Assembly: GCA_965277805.1 (NCBI GenBank)
Contig: OZ255842.1
Coordinates: 3,168,001 to 3,232,000, forward strand
Origin: Candidatus Lustribacter sp.
GTDB taxonomy: Bacteria > Vulcanimicrobiota > Vulcanimicrobiia > Vulcanimicrobiales > Vulcanimicrobiaceae
Direction: 5' to 3'
Length of the DNA: 64,000 nt
Numbering within the stretch: the first letter of the stretch is position 1; the number at the start of each line of letters is the position of its first letter. The notes beneath the pieces were generated by a model, which was given only the letters and a program-made list of their open reading frames with translations, searched no databases and was not told the DNA's origin. Below are positions 9,082 to 18,882 of this stretch, one piece after another. The position numbers and the translations under genes were made by a program.

Positions 9082-10352
9082 AACTTCGCGACCAGCTCCT
9101 CGGCAAACTCGACTTCCCAGGTCTTGCCCGGCGGAACGACCGCGTCATAGGGTCTGACGCGCTCGTAGGTCGACGGATCGACCCCGCGCGGCGGCTGACC
9201 CGCCGCAACCGCGTCGACCGCTTCCAGCAGCAGCTGGCGGCACGCGATGATCGCCTTGTCACTGGTTCCGAGATGCTCTTTTGAGCGATCGACGATCGGT
9301 CCCATGCCCTCTTGCAGCGCGTAGTCTTGCGTGTTGAGCCCGACGATGCCGGTGAAGTTCTTCGTCTTCTGCATCTGGCGGTCGATCATGTAGTCGTTCG
9401 ACATGTTCTTCTTGAGCTTGAACGTGCCGGGAATCAGATCGTCGGCGCCGCGCCCCCAGCGCGCGTCATCCTTGGCGTACCATTCGGGCGTGATCGGTAC
9501 GTTTTCGTCGTAACTCCAGATCATGTTGTAGACCATCGTCGACGTATCGTCGATCGGCACCCACATGTGCCCGTCGAGTCGCGGCACGTCGGCCTTGCCC
9601 GTACCGGTCCACGACGTGACGCCGCCGCGCATCTGCTGCGCGGGCATCACGTAGTGATAGACGCGCACGTATTTGCCGTCGTCACCCAGATTGCGCGTGG
9701 AGACGTAGGTGTAGCCGTAGTCGGTACGCTCGACGTCGAGGCGCGGTGCTCCGTCGCGATTGCGGACCCAATTCATGTCGCCGAGCTTCTCATTGTGGGC
9801 GAACGACGAGTGCGCGGTGTCCAGCCCACCCTCGAGCGCTTGCAGGTAGTTCGCGTTTTCGTACGTTTTGGAAACGCCGCGATGCGTGGCGGGCGCGCGC
9901 ACCCATTCGTAATTCGGCGGCGGTGGTTGCAGTTCGCTCGGCCCCATGTAGACCCAAATGATGTTGCCGCCTTCCCACGCAGGATAGGCCTTGATCGTCA
10001 CCTTGGTCTTGAACAGCGAATCCGGCGGTTCGGAGGGCATGTCGACGCAGGTGCCGTTGCGGTCGAATTTCCAGCCGTGATACACGCAACGCAAGCCGCA
10101 CTCTTCGTTCCGGCCGAAGAACATCGGCGCGCGCCGGTGCGGGCAGAACGCATCGACGATGCCGATCTCACCGTTCGTATCGCGAAACGCCACGAGATCT
10201 TCGCCCAGAATGCGCAGGCGCACGGGTGCGCCGTCGTTCTCGGGGAGTTCGCGGCTGAGCAGCGCCGGTTGCCAATACGCCCGGAACAACGCGCCGCCCG
10301 GCGTGCCGGGCCCGACACGAGTGAGACGTTCGTTATCCTGCGGTTTCAGCAT
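9078..10352 (-). CDS. Rieske non-heme iron oxygenase (phthalate 4,5-dioxygenase/LigXa-like family)
   Basis: LTRVGPGTP, Rieske CPH...CVYH, mononuclear Fe site EGGLDTAHSSFAH...QD. Confidence 0.9.
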   Translation of the reverse strand: MLKPQDNERLTRVGPGTPGGALFRAYWQPALLSRELPENDGAPVRLRILGEDLVAFRDTNGEIGIVDAFCPHRRAPMFFGRNEECGLRCVYHGWKFDRNGTCVDMPSEPPDSLFKTKVTIKAYPAWEGGNIIWVYMGPSELQPPPPNYEWVRAPATHRGVSKTYENANYLQALEGGLDTAHSSFAHNEKLGDMNWVRNRDGAPRLDVERTDYGYTYVSTRNLGDDGKYVRVYHYVMPAQQMRGGVTSWTGTGKADVPRLDGHMWVPIDDTSTMVYNMIWSYDENVPITPEWYAKDDARWGRGADDLIPGTFKLKKNMSNDYMIDRQMQKTKNFTGIVGLNTQDYALQEGMGPIVDRSKEHLGTSDKAIIACRQLLLEAVDAVAAGQPPRGVDPSTYERVRPYDAVVPPGKTWEVEFAEELVAKF

Positions 10353-10353
10353 A

Positions 10354-11841
10354 TCAGAGCGCGATACAGATGTTTTTGAGTTCGCTATAAAATTCGAGCG
10401 AGAGGCGGCCGCCTTCGCGGCCGATGCCGGATTCGCGCATTCCGCCGAACGGCGTGCGCAGATCGCGGACGAACCAGCAGTTCACCCACACGATACCCGC
10501 GCGGATGCGGCGCGCCACGCGGTGCGCGCGCTGCAGATCGCGCGTGAAGATCGTTGCTGCGAGCCCGTATTTGACGTCGTTGGCCAGCGCCACGCCTTCG
10601 TCTTCGGTGTCGAACGGCGCGATCGTGACGACCGGGCCGAACACTTCTTCCTGGCAGATGCGCATGTCGTTGCTCACGTCGACGAACGCCGTCGGCTTGA
10701 GGAAGGCACCCTTGTCGAACGGCGCCGGCAGCTTCGGGCGCTCGCCGCCGAAGAGCAGCCGCGCGCCCTCTTTTTTCGCGATCTCAACGTAACTGAGAAC
10801 GCGGTCGTAATGCTCTTTATCGACCAGCGAACCGATCGAGGTGGCTTCGTCGAGCGGATCGCCGAACACGAGCGCTTCCGCCGCCGCCTGATAGCGTTTG
10901 CAGAACTCATCGAAGATCGGGCGCTGCACGAGCAGCCGTGGCGATGCGAGGCAAACTTCGCCTTGGTTGAGGAACGTCGAGCGAATCGTCTGCGTGACGA
11001 CGAGGTCGAGGTCGGCGTCGGCAAAGATCACCGCGGCAGCCTTGCCCCCGAGCTCGAACGACACTTCCTTGAGACCCTCGGCGGCCGCTTTCATGATCGC
11101 TTTGCCGGTCGTCGTTTCGCCGGTGAACGAGATGCAGTCGACGCCGGGGTGCTCGGTGATCGCCGAACCGGCGGCGTTGGGGCCGAAGCCCTGCACGATG
11201 TTGAGCACGCCCGGCGGCAGGCCGGCTTCGTTCGCGATCTCGCCGAGAAAGCTCGCGGTGATCGGCGTGAACTCAGCCGGTTTGCACACCACGGTGTTGC
11301 CGCACGCGAGTGCGGGCGCAAGTTTCCACGTGAGCAGCAAGAGCGGCAAGTTCCACGGGCTGATGCAGCCGGCGACGCCGACCGGCTCGCGCAGCGAGTA
11401 GTTGAGGAACTTGTCGTCGACCGGATTGCAATCCGTGCCGACGTATTTGATCAGCTCGGCGAAAAACTCGAAGTTGTACGCCGAGCGCGGGATGTCGAGG
11501 TGCGAGCTCTCGCGGATCGGCTTGCCGGTATCGAGCGATTCCAGCTCGCTCAGCTCCGTCATGCGCGCCTTGATGCCGGCGGCGAGCTTCATCAGGATCG
11601 CCGAACGTTCGGCGACCGTCATCTTCGGCCACGGGCCTTCGTCGAACGCGCGCCGCGCAGCCTTGACTGCGAGATCGACGTCGGCGTAGTCCGCTTCCGC
11701 GACGCGGGCGATCAATTCACCGGTCGCCGGATTCGTATCGTTGAACGTCTTCCCGCTCTTGGCATCGACGTAGCGGCCGTCGATGAACAGCTTGACGTCG
11801 AGAATGCCGGTCCGCGGACGCGTGCGAAGTTCCTGTAACAC
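10354..11841 (-). CDS. 2-hydroxymuconic semialdehyde dehydrogenase (DmpC/XylG-like aldehyde dehydrogenase)
   Basis: PWNLPLLLLTWK, FTGETTTG, ELGGK, NQGEVC, WFVRDLRTPFGG; meta-pathway context. Confidence 0.85.
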   Translation of the reverse strand: MLQELRTRPRTGILDVKLFIDGRYVDAKSGKTFNDTNPATGELIARVAEADYADVDLAVKAARRAFDEGPWPKMTVAERSAILMKLAAGIKARMTELSELESLDTGKPIRESSHLDIPRSAYNFEFFAELIKYVGTDCNPVDDKFLNYSLREPVGVAGCISPWNLPLLLLTWKLAPALACGNTVVCKPAEFTPITASFLGEIANEAGLPPGVLNIVQGFGPNAAGSAITEHPGVDCISFTGETTTGKAIMKAAAEGLKEVSFELGGKAAAVIFADADLDLVVTQTIRSTFLNQGEVCLASPRLLVQRPIFDEFCKRYQAAAEALVFGDPLDEATSIGSLVDKEHYDRVLSYVEIAKKEGARLLFGGERPKLPAPFDKGAFLKPTAFVDVSNDMRICQEEVFGPVVTIAPFDTEDEGVALANDVKYGLAATIFTRDLQRAHRVARRIRAGIVWVNCWFVRDLRTPFGGMRESGIGREGGRLSLEFYSELKNICIAL

Positions 11842-11843
11842 GA

Positions 11844-12224
11844 TTACCCCTTTGTCGTTGCCGTCGCGCGCCCCATGCCCCAGTGCACGCTTGGAAAATC
11901 AGTCACCAGCACGCGGACGACGCTCTCATCCACGGCGTAGAGTTTGGCCAGCAGCTCGAGCAACTCGGCGACGAACGCCGCGCGCTGTTCTTCGGGCCGG
12001 CCTTCGAGAATGGACGTCCAGGCGACGAGCCACGGCGGCGATTCCGCGCCGGTTTTGCCTGCGACCATCACCTTCGCCGGATCCAGTTCGTCGAACGCCA
12101 CGCGCACCTGCACCGGCTTCACGCCGAGCCCGCGCGTAATCAATTCCAGCACGGCGTCGAAGGCGGCCGCGCGCGAGGTCTGCGGCGGCAGCGGGATCGA
12201 CGACTCGATGCGAACGATCGGCAT
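11844..12224 (-). CDS. Tautomerase superfamily protein (double-length 4-oxalocrotonate tautomerase-like)
   Basis: N-terminal M-P (Pro-1); second unit ILEGRPEEQR...VRVLVTDFPSVHWGMG. Confidence 0.75.
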   Translation of the reverse strand: MPIVRIESSIPLPPQTSRAAAFDAVLELITRGLGVKPVQVRVAFDELDPAKVMVAGKTGAESPPWLVAWTSILEGRPEEQRAAFVAELLELLAKLYAVDESVVRVLVTDFPSVHWGMGRATATTKG

Positions 12225-12243
12225 CGCTAGAGCCCCGCCGGCG

Positions 12244-13038
12244 TCAAGTGCAGCGCAGGCTGAGCGAGCCGAGGTGCGCGATCGATACGCGCACGACGTC
12301 GCCGGGTGCGATCGAGATCGCATCGGTCAGCGCACCGGTCATCACGACCGTTCCGGCCGGAATCGATTCGCCGTGTTCCGCCACTTTGTTGGCAAGCCAC
12401 GCGAGACCGATCGCCGGATCGCCGAGAATCGCAGCGCCGGCCGCCGTGGTGACGACCTCGCCGTTCTTCTCGAACACGACGCCCAGCGTGCGCAGATCGA
12501 GGTCTCTCGCGGGAACGCGATAGGCCGAGATCGTGTGGCGCGCGGCCGACGTGTTGTCGGCGATCACGTCGGTCAGCGTGAAGCGGAAATCCTTATAGCG
12601 GCTGTCGATGACCTCCATCGCGCAGCACGCCGACTCGATCGCCGCGCGCGCATGTTCCGGCGTCACGTTGGGACCCTGCAGATCGCGCCCGGTGACGATC
12701 GCGATCTCGGGTTCGGCCTTGGGATGAATCAACGACGCGACGCTGAGCGGATCGCCTTCGCCGATCATGCGCGAGGCGATGAGCAAACCGTAGATCGGTT
12801 CGCCCACGCTCATCTGCTTCTGTTTCGCAACGCTGGTCAAGCCGAGTTTGAGCCCGGAGATCCGCGTGTTCTCGCTCTTCGTCTGCCCGATCACGAGCCG
12901 TTTCTGAATCGCGTAGGCGGTATGCTCGTCGAGTTCGGGCCACGTGTCGGTAAGCGGTTCGATCTCGAACCGCCCGTCGTTCGCCGCCTGAAGTCTGCCG
13001 AGCGCCGCCGCGGCTTTATCGGTCGCGACCGACGTCAT
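12244..13038 (-). CDS. 4-oxalocrotonate decarboxylase (DmpH/XylI-like)
   Basis: KLGLTSVAKQKQM, LIHPKAEPE, EVIDSRYKDFRFTLTDVIADNTS. Confidence 0.85.
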   Translation of the reverse strand: MTSVATDKAAAALGRLQAANDGRFEIEPLTDTWPELDEHTAYAIQKRLVIGQTKSENTRISGLKLGLTSVAKQKQMSVGEPIYGLLIASRMIGEGDPLSVASLIHPKAEPEIAIVTGRDLQGPNVTPEHARAAIESACCAMEVIDSRYKDFRFTLTDVIADNTSAARHTISAYRVPARDLDLRTLGVVFEKNGEVVTTAAGAAILGDPAIGLAWLANKVAEHGESIPAGTVVMTGALTDAISIAPGDVVRVSIAHLGSLSLRCT

Positions 13039-14078
13039 CAGACCGCCGCGAGTTCCGGCGCCGGCTTTTCACCCTTCGCACCGGCTAGTTCGATCGCGCA
13101 CTCGACGATGATGTCTTCTTGACCGCCGACCGCTTTGCGCGCGCCGACCGCTTCGAGAATCTTGGCCGTCGGGACGCCGAAGCGCTTGGACGCGTTCTCG
13201 GCGTGACGCAAGAAGCTCGAGTACACGCCGGCGTAGCCCAGCACGAGCGCCGGGCGGTTGACGATCGGCGTGATGCCGATCTCGCCGCCGATGATGTCTT
13301 CGGCCACGTCCATGACGCCGTAGAGATCGATGCCCGTCTCCCAGCCCATTTTGTTGAAGACCGCGACGATTGCTTCGGTCGCCGCGTTGCCCGCGCCGGC
13401 TCCGAGGCCGCGGCACGCGCCGTCGATGTTGTCCGCACCCGCCTTGACCGCGGTAACGGCGTTACCGACGCCGAGTCCGAGGTTGTTGTGGGCGTGGAAA
13501 CCGACGTGCGTCTTCGGCTGGAGTTCCGCGCGAAGCGCCGAGACGCGATCGTGCACCATGTCCATCGTTTGCGCGCCGGCCGAGTCGACGACGTACACGA
13601 CGTCGGCGCCGTAGGATTCCATCAGCTTCGCTTGCACGACGAGTTCCGGCGCTTCGATCAGATGCGACATCATCAGGAAGCCGACGACTTCCATGCCCAT
13701 GTCTTTGGCCGCCGCGATGTGCTGCGCCGAGATATCCGCTTCGGTGCAATGCGTCGCGATGCGGGCGACGCTGGCGCCGCGCTTGCGCGATTCCTTGAGG
13801 TCGTGAATAGTGCCGACGCCGGGCAGCAGCAGCACGGCGATCTTCGCCTGCTTCACCGTTGCAACGGCCGCCTCGACGAGCTCGAGCTCATCGACCTTCG
13901 AGATGCCGTATTGGATCGACGAACCGGCTAAGCCGTCGCCATGCGTGACCTCGAGCAGCGGCACGCCGGCCGCGTCGAGCGCGCCGGCGACGCGCACGAT
14001 CTGATCGACCGTGAACTGGTGGAAAACGGGGTGCGAACCGTCGCGGAGGCTGACGTCGGTGATGCGGACTTTCGGCAT
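13038..14078 (-). CDS. dmpG: 4-hydroxy-2-oxovalerate aldolase
   Basis: DVSLRDGSH, EVTHGDGL, ATHCTEAD, HAHNNL, GYAGVYSSFL, VGGQED. Confidence 0.93.
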   Translation of the reverse strand: MPKVRITDVSLRDGSHPVFHQFTVDQIVRVAGALDAAGVPLLEVTHGDGLAGSSIQYGISKVDELELVEAAVATVKQAKIAVLLLPGVGTIHDLKESRKRGASVARIATHCTEADISAQHIAAAKDMGMEVVGFLMMSHLIEAPELVVQAKLMESYGADVVYVVDSAGAQTMDMVHDRVSALRAELQPKTHVGFHAHNNLGLGVGNAVTAVKAGADNIDGACRGLGAGAGNAATEAIVAVFNKMGWETGIDLYGVMDVAEDIIGGEIGITPIVNRPALVLGYAGVYSSFLRHAENASKRFGVPTAKILEAVGARKAVGGQEDIIVECAIELAGAKGEKPAPELAAV

Positions 14079-14079
14079 G

Positions 14080-14979
14080 TTACTTGGCTCCAACCAGCGC
14101 GTTGCGGCGCTCGTAGACTTCTTCGGCGACCCGGACGGCAGCCGCCGTCATGATGTCGAGGTTGCCCGCGTACGCAGGCAGGTAATGGGCGGCACCGGTG
14201 ACTTCGAGAAACACGCTGACCCGGTTGCCGTCGAACACCGGACCCGATTTGAGTTTGTAGCCCGGCACGTAGGTCTGCACGTCGGCGACCATCTTGTGCA
14301 CCGATTCCGTGATCGCAGCTTGGTCGGGCGTCGTCTCGGTGATGGCGTTGACCGTGTCGCGCATGATCAGCGGGGGCTCGGCCGGGTTGAGGATGATGAT
14401 CGCCTTGCCGCGCTTGGCGCCGCCGACCTGCTCGACCGCCTTGGACGTCGTCTCGGTAAACTCATCGATGTTTGCGCGCGTACCCGGGCCGGCCGATTTC
14501 GAAGCGATCGTCGCCACGATCTCGGCGTATTCAACGGGCTGCACGCGCGCGATCGCGCCGACGATCGGAATCGTGGCCTGACCACCGCACGTCACCATGT
14601 TGACGTTGGTGACGTCACCTTCGAGGTGCTCCTTGAGATTCAGCGGCGGAATGATGTAGGGGCCGACTGCGGCCGGCGTGAGGTCGACGGCGAACTTGCC
14701 GGCGGCCTTGATCAGCGGCGCGTTGTACTCGTGCGCCTTCGCGCTCGTGGCGTCGAAGATCAGATCGATCTGATCCATCAAGTCCTTGCGCGCGAGCAAG
14801 CCTTCGATGCCGGTGTCGATCGCGGCGACGTCGTGTTTACGCGCACGCGCCAGACCGTCGCTTTTGGCATCGATACCCACGAGGGCGATCATCTTGAGAT
14901 TCTTGTTGCGGAAAATCTTGAACATGAGGTCGGACCCGATGTTACCTGAACCGATGACCGCGACGTTTAGTGGGGGCAT
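14080..14979 (-). CDS. dmpF: Acetaldehyde dehydrogenase (acylating)
   Basis: [42 protein letters not shown]. Confidence 0.93.
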   Translation of the reverse strand: MPPLNVAVIGSGNIGSDLMFKIFRNKNLKMIALVGIDAKSDGLARARKHDVAAIDTGIEGLLARKDLMDQIDLIFDATSAKAHEYNAPLIKAAGKFAVDLTPAAVGPYIIPPLNLKEHLEGDVTNVNMVTCGGQATIPIVGAIARVQPVEYAEIVATIASKSAGPGTRANIDEFTETTSKAVEQVGGAKRGKAIIILNPAEPPLIMRDTVNAITETTPDQAAITESVHKMVADVQTYVPGYKLKSGPVFDGNRVSVFLEVTGAAHYLPAYAGNLDIMTAAAVRVAEEVYERRNALVGAK

Positions 14980-15009
14980 TGCGTGTGTGCCTCGAGTGAG
15001 CGATGAGTG

Positions 15010-15798
15010 TTAGACGAAGTGAATCGAAACCGAACCGAGGATACCGAAATCGGCGCTGGCGACGTCACCGCGAGCGACCGGTACCATGGCGCACAGAGCG
15101 CCGGGCATGATGACGTCACCCGCATGCAGTTCCAACCCGTCGGCAGCCAAAGTGTTTGCAAGCCAAGCAACCGCACGATACGGGTTAGCGCCCAACACCG
15201 CGGCGCCGGCTCCGGTTCCGACCAGCTCGCCGTTCTTTTCGAAGACGGTGCCGACGGTCCGGGTATCGATGCCGAGCGGCGACGTGCGCTTTTTGCCGAC
15301 GACGAAACGCGCTGACGAGCCGTTGTCGGCCACCGTGTCGACGAAGGTGATCTTCCAGTTCATGATCCGCGAATCGACGATCTCGAGCGTCGGGACCAGA
15401 TAGTCGGTCGCCGCCAGCACGTCGAGGTCGGTGAGCCCCGGCCCGCGGAGATCGCGCGCGAGAACGATCCCGATCTCGGCTTCGACGCGCGGCTGGATCA
15501 GCTCGCTCAAGAGGCAGTCATCGCCGTCGGCGAGCCGCATCGAGGCGAACAGGTGCCCGAAGTCCGGCTGATCGACCCCAAGCATTTTCTGCATGGCCTT
15601 GGCCGTCAGCCCGACCTTCATGCCGGCGACTTTCTCACCCGCCGCCTGACGCCGTTTGACGTTGGCCAGCTGGATCGCGTACGCGTCGCCGGCCGTCAGC
15701 GTTGCCCGCGACGAAAACGCCTCGATCTGAACGCGGTCGCGCTCGGCGGCGAACAGCTCGTCGGCAAAGGCTTGAACGTCGAGAACGGCAGACGGCAT
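15010..15798 (-). CDS. 2-keto-4-pentenoate hydratase (MhpD/DmpE-like)
   Basis: KVGLT..MQKMLGVDQPDFGHL, LIQPRVEAE, EIVDSRI..W.I...DTVADN. Confidence 0.88.
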   Translation of the reverse strand: MPSAVLDVQAFADELFAAERDRVQIEAFSSRATLTAGDAYAIQLANVKRRQAAGEKVAGMKVGLTAKAMQKMLGVDQPDFGHLFASMRLADGDDCLLSELIQPRVEAEIGIVLARDLRGPGLTDLDVLAATDYLVPTLEIVDSRIMNWKITFVDTVADNGSSARFVVGKKRTSPLGIDTRTVGTVFEKNGELVGTGAGAAVLGANPYRAVAWLANTLAADGLELHAGDVIMPGALCAMVPVARGDVASADFGILGSVSIHFV

Positions 15799-16430
15799 CA
15801 GCGGCTCGGAACGGACTTAGGCTGCAGGTACCGCTTGAGTTTCTCGGCCGTGAGCTTTTCGTTGGGATCGTACTCGGGCGCGTTCTCGATCTGCTCGAGG
15901 TCGTTGAGCCCGCTCTTGCGATAGATGCGGTTGGTGATCACCGCGAGCCGCGCCGGGCGCGTTTCGTCGGCGTTGAAGTGCTGGACGATCGTGTTCGGCG
16001 GCACGTAGATGCAGTCGCCCGCTTCCCACTCGAAGCGCTTCTCATCACCGTCGGGCACCCACATGTACTTCTCGCCGTCGGGAATCGACAGATCGCAATC
16101 CATGTGGATATCGTAGCCGCGGCCTTCGATCACATAGCACGCCTGTTCGGCGAGCTGCCGGTGTTTGCCCGAACGGCTGCCGGGCGGAATCACTTGCATG
16201 TACGCGTCGACCGTTTCGGCGCGCGTGTTCATGCCTTCGTTCACGATGTGCTTAAGCAGTCCGTCGGGCGCGTTTTCCCACGGCATCTGCGAGGACTTGA
16301 CGACCTTCGGACGATCGGCGTTGCGTTCGGCTGCGGTCGCGGCATCGTCGAGCTGATCTTCGTACAGGCTGCCGGTCAAATTGCCTTGGAGATATTTCCC
16401 GTATTCATCCCACGGGGCTTGTTCTGCCAT
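15798..16430 (-). CDS. Cupin domain protein (degenerate metal site)
   Basis: SGKHRQLAEQACYVIEGRG ... WEAGDCIYVPPNTIVQHFN. Confidence 0.8.
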   Translation of the reverse strand: MAEQAPWDEYGKYLQGNLTGSLYEDQLDDAATAAERNADRPKVVKSSQMPWENAPDGLLKHIVNEGMNTRAETVDAYMQVIPPGSRSGKHRQLAEQACYVIEGRGYDIHMDCDLSIPDGEKYMWVPDGDEKRFEWEAGDCIYVPPNTIVQHFNADETRPARLAVITNRIYRKSGLNDLEQIENAPEYDPNEKLTAEKLKRYLQPKSVPSR

Positions 16431-16434
16431 TGTC

Positions 16435-17043
16435 CTAATCTCCGTGCGCGTGTTCGGGAATGCGTTGCGGTTCTTGATCTTGGTGCGGCGGCGGATCTTC
16501 GCGCGGCACGAAGTCGCCTTGCGTCGGCGTCGGCTGCGCCGGCATCTTGTCGACGATCTTCTGGAAGAGCATGTTCATGAAGAGATACATCGGCTTCGTC
16601 TTCATGACGAGCGCGCGCGCCGGTTTGTGCAGATTGCGATTGAAGTGCTGATGCACGCAGTTGTTGTGCACGATCGCCGCGTCGCCGGCTTCCCACTCGT
16701 AGCGGATGCCGTCGTGAACTTCGGCGCCTTCACCATCGAGGATGTAGAACACGGCCTCGTTGACGTGGCCGTGCTTCTGCGAAGAACCGCCGGGCGAATA
16801 TTCTTCGAGATGGATGTGAAGCGTTTGGCCCAAGCCGTCCTTGGGTTCCATGTAGTGCTTGCTGAATTGCTGCGGGCCGCTGTGGAAGGGCGTTTCGCGT
16901 CCTTTGATCACGCGCGGTAGCGAACGCAACCGCTTCAGCTCGTGGCTGAGGTTGTACTCGCCCTGGATCCCGCGCACGAAAACCCGGTCGGTCTGCGCGC
17001 CGTAGTCCATCCGCTTTTGTCCGTTGCCGTTATCGCTTGCCAT
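16435..17043 (-). CDS. Cupin domain protein (intact H-x-H/E/H metal site)
   Basis: SQKHGHVNEAVFYILDGEG ... WEAGDAAIVHNNCVHQHFN; AGGAG RBS. Confidence 0.85.
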   Translation of the reverse strand: MASDNGNGQKRMDYGAQTDRVFVRGIQGEYNLSHELKRLRSLPRVIKGRETPFHSGPQQFSKHYMEPKDGLGQTLHIHLEEYSPGGSSQKHGHVNEAVFYILDGEGAEVHDGIRYEWEAGDAAIVHNNCVHQHFNRNLHKPARALVMKTKPMYLFMNMLFQKIVDKMPAQPTPTQGDFVPREDPPPHQDQEPQRIPEHAHGD

Positions 17044-17125
17044 AACACTCCTTTAGTGGCCGGGTGCGGGCGCTCCCGCGAACCGGGCGGAGGGCTGCCG
17101 ATGCCGTTCGGCGGACTCGCCGAGG

Positions 17126-18001
17126 ATGGCAAGTGCGCTCCCGCTGGTCGAGCTGGTCGAGGTCCACACGAGCGACGACGTCGTGCACGCGGGCGCGCTC
17201 GCGAAGCCGGCCAAACGCGTGGGCGGGACGCCGCGCTTCGACGCTGTCCTCATGATGCACGGCGCCGCCGGCGCGTTCAGCGAGGGCTTCTACCGCAACT
17301 TCTCGGCCGCGCTTGTCGAGCGCGGGGTGACGACGCTGCGCGCCAACAACCGCGGCCACGACGTCATCAACCGCGGCAACGGCCGCGGCACGCTCCAGGG
17401 CGCGGCCCTCGAGCGGCTCGACGACTGCGTGCTCGACTGGCAGGCGTGGCTCGGCTTCCTTCAGTCGCGCCGCTACCACCGCATTCTGCTCTTCGGGCAT
17501 AGCCTCGGCGCGGTCAAATCGGCGTACTACCTCGCGACTCAGCCGGATCCGCGGGTCCAAGGGTGCGTGTTGGCCTCACCGCCGCGCTTCAACACCGACC
17601 TGATGCTCGCGTCCGAACGCGGGCCGGAGTTCGGGGCCACCCTCGAGCGGGCGAAGGCCCTCGTGGCCGCGGGCACCCCCGGCGAGCTGATGCCGACGAC
17701 GTTCCCCCTTCGCTCGATCAGCGGGGCCGAGGCGTACCTCGCCAAGTACGGGATGGGCGCCAAATACGACGTCCTCGAGAACGCCGCCAAGATTCCGTGC
17801 CCGGTCTTCGCCCTAGTCGGCGAGCTCGAGCTCTCCGACTCGACCTTCCGCGACTATCCCGGCGGCTATCCGAAGGTGCGCCAAAAGAAGCGGGACCTCG
17901 ACTTCGTCGTGGTCCCGAATGGGGATCATTTCTACACCGACGCCCAGACGTTCGCGGTCGAACATCTGCTGGCGTGGATCGACCGGGAAAGCCTCGACTA
18001 G
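17126..18001 (+). CDS. Alpha/beta hydrolase
   Basis: MHG, NNRGHD, GHSLG nucleophile elbow, GDHFY. Confidence 0.8.
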   Translation: MASALPLVELVEVHTSDDVVHAGALAKPAKRVGGTPRFDAVLMMHGAAGAFSEGFYRNFSAALVERGVTTLRANNRGHDVINRGNGRGTLQGAALERLDDCVLDWQAWLGFLQSRRYHRILLFGHSLGAVKSAYYLATQPDPRVQGCVLASPPRFNTDLMLASERGPEFGATLERAKALVAAGTPGELMPTTFPLRSISGAEAYLAKYGMGAKYDVLENAAKIPCPVFALVGELELSDSTFRDYPGGYPKVRQKKRDLDFVVVPNGDHFYTDAQTFAVEHLLAWIDRESLD

Positions 18002-18849
18002 GAGACCGGGTCGCCCTCTAACTCGACGGCGCGCGGGACCGGAGTGTCGAGGACGAACGACTTCGAGTTGTCTTCTTTCTTCTTGCCGATTAGACCGTGG
18101 ATGTGGTTGCGCAGCTGGAGGAAGCTCGGTTCCGAGCGCGTGCCGACTTGATCGCGCGGCTGCGAAAGCGGGATCGGGATCTCCTCGAGCACGGTCGACG
18201 GCGGGGTGCTGAGCACGAAGACGCGATCGGACAAGTAGACGGCCTCGTCGATGTCATGAGTGACGAGCAGCATTGTGATGCCGAATTCATCACGCAGCTC
18301 GAGCGTCAGATCTTCGAGATCGGCGCGCGTCAGGGCGTCGACCGAAGCGAAGGGCTCGTCGAGCAATAGGATCTCCGGCCGGAACGCGACCGCGCGCGCA
18401 ATGGCGACGCGCTGCTGCATGCCGCCCGAAAGCTGCCAGGGGAAGTGCTTGGCGAACTTCGTCAGGCCGACCGCTTCGATCGCGCGCTGTGAGGCGTTCT
18501 CTTTTTCGGCTTGCGTGATGTCCTTGCGCTTACGCAGCGGGAACATCACGTTGCCGGTGACCGTGAGCCACGGAAAGAGCGAACGCGCGTAGTCCTGAAA
18601 AACGAGCACCATCTGCGGCGGGGGCTCGGTGATCAACGTCCCGTGAAGCTTGACCGACCCTTTGGTCGGCGCGAGCAGCGCGCAAATCGTCTTGAGGAGC
18701 GTGGTCTTTCCGCAACCGGAAGGACCGACGATCGAGACGAATTCGCGCGCCCGGACGTTGAGCGTGATCTCCTGAACGGCGAGTGTGCCGTCAGCGTACC
18801 GCTTTTGCAGCTGGTTGACGTCGAGGAGAATCTCGCTCGGATTCGACAT
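17998..18849 (-). CDS. ABC transporter ATP-binding protein (NitT/TauT family)
   Basis: GPSGCGKTT, LSGGMQQR, LLLDEPF, VTHD. Confidence 0.93.
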   Translation of the reverse strand: MSNPSEILLDVNQLQKRYADGTLAVQEITLNVRAREFVSIVGPSGCGKTTLLKTICALLAPTKGSVKLHGTLITEPPPQMVLVFQDYARSLFPWLTVTGNVMFPLRKRKDITQAEKENASQRAIEAVGLTKFAKHFPWQLSGGMQQRVAIARAVAFRPEILLLDEPFASVDALTRADLEDLTLELRDEFGITMLLVTHDIDEAVYLSDRVFVLSTPPSTVLEEIPIPLSQPRDQVGTRSEPSFLQLRNHIHGLIGKKKEDNSKSFVLDTPVPRAVELEGDPVS

Positions 18850-18882
18850 GCGTTGACCTTTCTTTATAACTACGCCGGACAG

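Noticed and set aside
10159-11838. 559-aa plus-strand ORF
   Set aside because: Antisense shadow of the aldehyde dehydrogenase; no motifs; such long shadows are expected in high-GC DNA
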